From Candidatus Latescibacterota bacterium (GTDB taxonomy: Bacteria; Latescibacterota; UBA2968; UBA8231), in NCBI GenBank assembly GCA_965223905.1, contig CBDCXV010000011.1, positions 32,001-96,000 of the forward strand: a DNA stretch of 64,000 nucleotides, given 5' to 3'. The notes beneath the pieces were generated by a model that searched no databases, was not told the DNA's origin, and was given only the letters and a program-made list of their open reading frames with translations. This document shows positions 59,520 through 64,000 of the stretch, in pieces; position 1 is the stretch's first letter, and each line of letters starts with the position of its first letter. A program made the translations under genes and the position numbers.

Positions 59520-60644
59520 GTTACTGACGGCTACTCGATGGGTCTTCCATCGGATGCCTCCGTTAGTACTGACCAGGCGAACTTCCCAGTGCGCAGGGTA
59601 GTGTAGGGGCGGCAGCTTTCTGGGAAAAGGACGTGGCGAAGGCTGGTAGAACTCGACCGGAGGTCTTTGTCCCAAGGCCTCGTGGGGTCGTTCCTGGTTG
59701 TATTCGTGACGGAAGCGGGTAAAGCGGTATTGCTGTCCGAAGCGGGACGCGGCGGGGGGAATCGTCGCCTCCCGCTTGAGCGTGCCATGCAGGCGTTCGT
59801 GGCGCCCATTCTGCGGCGGGCAGCCGGGCTGGATGCGCTCGGGCAAGATGCCGAGCCGGATCCACCAGACCGACAGTTGGGAGAGCCGTCCCAGCGCCTG
59901 GGAGGAGGCGAAGGGGGCGCCGTTGTCGGTGCGGAGGATGCGGGGCAGGCCGTAGGTGCGGAAGAGCCGGTGGAAGACCGGCCGGCTCAGTTGCCCCTGG
60001 GGCGCGTCGAGGGCTTGGCACCCCAGCAGGAAGCGGCTGTAGCCGTCGCGACGGTCAGCGGGTAGCAGTAGCGGCCATCCAGGGTCTTGAACTGCCCCTT
60101 GAAGTCGGCGGTCCAGACGTGATTGGGCGCGCTCAGGGGGGTCTGGGGTGGCCCCGCAGAGCCCCGGCCGGCGCCGCGTCCGCGGCGTCGGCACCAGGCC
60201 ATGGCGTTTGAGGATGTCGCAGACGGTGTGCGTGCCGGCCAGGGGCGATGCGGCTGCGATCGCCAGAGGAGCGCCAGCAGCTTCTTGGCCCCCCACGTCG
60301 GGTGTGTGCGGCGCGCCTCGAGAATCGCCTCTACGAGGTCGGAAGACGTAGCGTGCGGGCAACGGACCGGTCTACGCGACTGCGCCATCAAGCCGGCAGC
60401 GCCTGTGTCGACATACCGCTGCACCCACTTGTAGCCGGTGGGACGGCTGATGCCGTAGCGACGGCACAGCTCGGAAAAGGGGAAGAAGTCCTCGAGGTAA
60501 TCGGCGATGAAATGCATTCGTTGGTCCATGGCTGAGGTTTCGTTCCAGGGCATGTGAGCACCTCCTTGAGATGCCCAAAGGTGGGCGAAACTGTAAATCA
60601 TGTACCTGGACTGATCTGTAAAACCATGTACCTGGACCGTACCA
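59520..60644 (-). mobile_element. IS481-family element, frameshifted and 3'-truncated by the IS1380 (transposase ATG at 60553)
   Basis: MPW...ELCRRYGISRPTGYKW, WTADFKGQF, RTDNGAPF, QNGRHERLH, YNQERPHEAL; tandem TGTAAA..CATGTACCTGGAC repeats at 60592-60637. Confidence 0.85.
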
Positions 60645-60787
60645 GATTGAGCCTAACCGTTCAGTCCCCTGGCAGATTGGGGCCGGGGGCGGAATGGTCG
60701 CAGGTTGGTATTAGCGAATGGGCGGATGGGTGTAAAGGGGGCATAAAGTACGAGCGCAGAAAGCCTCGTGTGGGTACATTCGCCCCC

Positions 60788-62409
60788 CCCCCCCCCCCAC
60801 TGCCCGGATGAAACCGCGAGCCGGACGATGGCACGAGTATCGATTACGCCGAGCCCCGAACCGGGGACGATGGGGGGCCTGCAGGCCCTGTGGGATGAGC
60901 CTGCGCCGCGCACGCCGTTGCAGTTCCTGCAGCTGGAGAGACGCGTGTGCGCGGCCGCGGGTCGGCAGGCCGACGAGATCCTGGGACACCACCTGATCGG
61001 GGCGCACCAGGACGCGGCGTTTGTCGAGCAAGCGGTGGAGGCGGCGCGGCAGCGCCATGACGGGGTGCTGCGCCACAAAGGTCAGCGCACCACGTCGGTA
61101 TGGGTTGCCGGGCGGCGCGCTGTGCGTCGTGGAGACCCCCTACCTGCGACCGCAGACGCCTCGCCGGCCGGGTCGCAAGCGCACGCGGCGGGGTCCCACG
61201 GGCGCGGGCGTCTACCCGGTGCTGGAGGCGTTGGGGATCGCCCACCGGGTGTCTCCGGCCACGCGGAGCCAGATGGCCTTGTACACGGTACAGGCGGGCA
61301 GCTACCAGGAGGCGGTGCAGTTGCTGGCGGAGCAGGGGGTGCCCGTGGATGTCACGACGCTTCGGCGTGTGGCGCAGAGCACGGCTCGCGCCGACATCGC
61401 GCTGCGGGACGGGGCCTTGGCGCAAGCACGGCGCACCCCGGTGGCCGCGGACGGTCCGCTGGCCGGCCTGCGGGTGCGCGTCAGCATCGACGGAGGGCGG
61501 GTGCGCACCCGGTCGCCGCACCCGGGTCGCCGGACGAAGAAGGGACGCCACCGGTTCGACACGCCCTGGCGGGAGCCGCGCGTGCTGTTGATCGACGTGC
61601 TCGACCGCAACGGCCGGGCCGACCCGCTGCGGCGGCCTCTGTACGACACCCTGCTGGAGGATGCCGAGGCGACCAGGGCGCTGATCATCGGCTATCTGCG
61701 CCTGCTGGGCGCCGCCCACGCCCAGAGGGGGGTGTTCATCGCCGACGGCGCGGAGTGGATCTGGGAGCGCAGCGACCAGATCCGTCAGGAAGCCGAGATC
61801 CCCACCCGGCGCTGGGTCGAGGGGGTCGACTTCTACCACGCCAGCGAGCACCTGCACGACGCCATCGAGTTGGGTCGGGATCGCAACGCCTCGGAGCGCC
61901 GGCAGCAGTACGAAAGGCTGCGTCACGTGCTGCGTCGCGATGCGGACGGCGTCCACAAGGTCATCGAAGCCCTCCAAGCCGAAGCGCGCGGCCGGCGGGG
62001 TCGGAAGATGAACACGGCCATCGACTACTTCGAACGACACCAGCATCGCATGGCCTACGTCAAGCTGACTCGTCGGAAGGTGCCGGTGGGATCGGGGCCT
62101 GTGGAGAGCGCCATCCGCCGGGTCATCAACCTGCGCTTCAAAGCCCCCAGCACGTTCTGGGCCACCGAAACCGTCGCCGACCTGATGCATTTGCGCGCCG
62201 CCTTCAAGTGCGGGCGCTGGCACGAACTGAGGCACCGGGTCCTCACGCAGACCTTTCCCGTGCCCTCCTTCGCTCGGTTGCCCCGAGACCAGCTCGACAC
62301 CGTGTCCCCACAAAGAGCCAAAGAGGACCCGGAAAACCCCACGGCAGGCAACCCTGCAGCCGGTTCGCAGACGAGCCTGAACGCCCCCGTTCCGCCATCG
62401 CGTCCTTAG
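60788..62409 (+). mobile_element. ISKra4/ISLre2-like transposase, frameshifted near 61100
   Basis: SIDGGRVRTR, WREPR, FIADGAEWIW, DFYHASEHL, PVGSGPVESAIRRVINLR. Confidence 0.8.
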
Positions 62410-63855
62410 CGGATGACGGAGCGGGTTGAAGGCAGCAGCGAGGGCGCCGGCTGCTTAGACACGGCAGCGTGACAGGCCATTCTGAGATAGGCGAGGACGT
62501 TGCGTTGTTGCTGGCCCAGGGTATCGCGCACCGTGAGCAATCGCTCTACGAAGCGACTGCCTCCGGCACTGTGGGTGCCGAAGCTGGTGTGGCGCCACAA
62601 CACGCCATGGCGAAGCGCTCGTTCGGCTTCGTTGTTGGTCGGCTCGACGCCGGGGCGGCGTGCGAAGGTCCACAGGGCCGGCCCGAGGTCGAGGAGGTTA
62701 GCGCAGGTGGCCGCCGTCTTGGCGTCGGCGAACTGCTGCCCATACCCCAAGTAATTATGAAACCGCCCACGCAAGCCGCTGACGTAGACCTGGAAGCTGG
62801 ACCGTTGCAAGGTGCCGTCGCGGACCCGGTGCCACCAGGTAAACACCTGGTCGCTGGCGTCCAACAGCCGTTGTCCGACCCAGGCGGCCTCTCCGCCCCG
62901 GGCCACGAACTCCTCGAAGGTGCGCCGCAGATGAGCCCAGCAGACTTGGCGGCGTCGAAGCGGCAGATGCGCGTAGGCCGAATAGCGATCGGAGCCGACC
63001 ACCGCCCGGTTACCCGCACCCAGCACCTCATCGACCCCGTCGCGTCCACGGCTTGGGCGAATGGCGAACACGGTGACGCCGGCCGTGACGGCGGTCCACA
63101 ACCAGGCCTTGGCGCGGCGCTGGCGCCAGCCGGTCTCGTCGACGTTGACTATTCCCTGTCGGCGAACGAAGGCGCGCGCCTCCTCGACCGCACCCGCCAG
63201 GGCCGCGGCCACCTCCTGTTCCAGTCGGCTGACCGTACCCAGCGACACCTCCAGGCCGAAGGCGTCGGACAACAGCGCCCGGATAGTGCGCTTGCTCAGC
63301 CGGTAGGCCCCGGCCAGCAGGCCCACCCAGGGCCTGCACGCTGGGACCGAAGGTGTGCCGCGATACCCCCCCCCCCCCCTCGGGCCAACCGGCTTCGGTC
63401 AGGCGGTCGCAGTGACGGCACCGCAGGGTGTGCAGCTGATACTCGATGATCTGGGCCTGCACGGGGGGGAGGACGACTTCCTGGTGACGCTGCGGATGGG
63501 GATCGTGTCCGCTCAGCCGGTGTCCGCATCGGTGGCATGTACTCGGCTTGACGGGGATCAGTTGGTCCACTTGCTCGACCGATACCCACGAGCGGCCGTG
63601 CCCTTCGTGGCCCGGCTGCCCGCCCGGCGAGCGCCCCGAGGATCGGCGACGGGAGGCGTCGGTGCGCCGGCGAGGAGGAAGCGCCCGATTCCGACGAGGC
63701 GGCCCGGGCACCCCGACGGGATCGTCCCTTGCGGCGGGCCAATTCCTGCTCCAGCTCGGCGATCCGCGCCGCCTGTTGTTCCACGATCTGCTCAAGCTGG
63801 ACAATGCGCTGGCGCAGGTCGCTTTCGGAATCGCACTCTCAGGAGGTCTTTTCAT
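62406..63855 (-). mobile_element. IS66-family (single-ORF ISBst12-like) transposase, multiply frameshifted
   Basis: PGGQPGHEG, CHRCG, VDETGW, SDRYSAY, QVCWAHLRR, VEPTNNEAERALR. Confidence 0.88.
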
Positions 63856-63945
63856 GGGGGTCGCCGTATCCGGAGAATCTGCAACACACAACCAATCCCG
63901 AAATACCGACAAACCCCAAAACCCGCGTAGGTATTTCTTTATATG

Positions 63946-64000
63946 GTGCGCCGTGACAAGGCGCCATCCTTCAGCGGGTGCGAATCCCGCCCGGCAACTG
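63946..64000 (+). ncRNA. 5' end of a group II intron (runs off the window)
   Basis: Starts GTGCG; GCGCC..GGCGC stem; then GCGGGTGCGAATCCCGC hairpin as in domain I of bacterial group II introns. Confidence 0.7.

Noticed and set aside
60783-60799. Poly-C tracts (also 63366-63379) as phase-variation switches
   Set aside because: They lie in or beside decayed IS sequence and could be homopolymer sequencing errors.

Overview
High-GC (roughly 65-70% by eye) bacterial chromosome segment. Secreted proteins carrying dockerin-like 'DFNGDG..DFFLFA' repeats, FlgD-Ig/T9SS-like domains, YWTD propellers and a C-terminal 'TWGRIK' motif suggest a Latescibacterota/Gemmatimonadota/Poribacteria-like organism, possibly host (e.g. 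sponge) associated; this is inference. Layout: (1) 1-7.9 kb housekeeping block (ggt, thrS, M50 peptidase, proS, cupin) with an AT-rich fused CapRel-type toxSAS defence gene inserted just upstream of thrS. (2) A ~24.7 kb accessory segment bracketed by a 105-bp direct repeat of the cupin 3' end. It holds an IS-split secreted metzincin-WD40 protein, an SNF2 helicase, a CRTAC1/TPR operon, a SpeE-membrane fusion, and a 2458-aa LRP-like YWTD protein fused to a PEP-synthase ATP-grasp domain behind a clear sigma54 promoter with enhancer sites. (3) 32.7-54.3 kb: gene fragments, a DUF4956/SdiA-regulated/BamA cluster, a large CPBP protease, MntA-HepT, a catabolic operon, nadC, a DUF6785-like transporter and hicBA. 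(4) 54.5-64 kb: three tandem secreted 'TWGRIK' paralogues, a pile-up of IS elements (ISKra4-like, IS1380, IS481, IS66) and the 5' end of a group II intron at the window edge. Many frameshifts, some next to long homopolymers, may be long-read errors rather than real pseudogenes. No rRNA, tRNA or CRISPR array was seen. All family calls come from motif recognition; no database searches were run.
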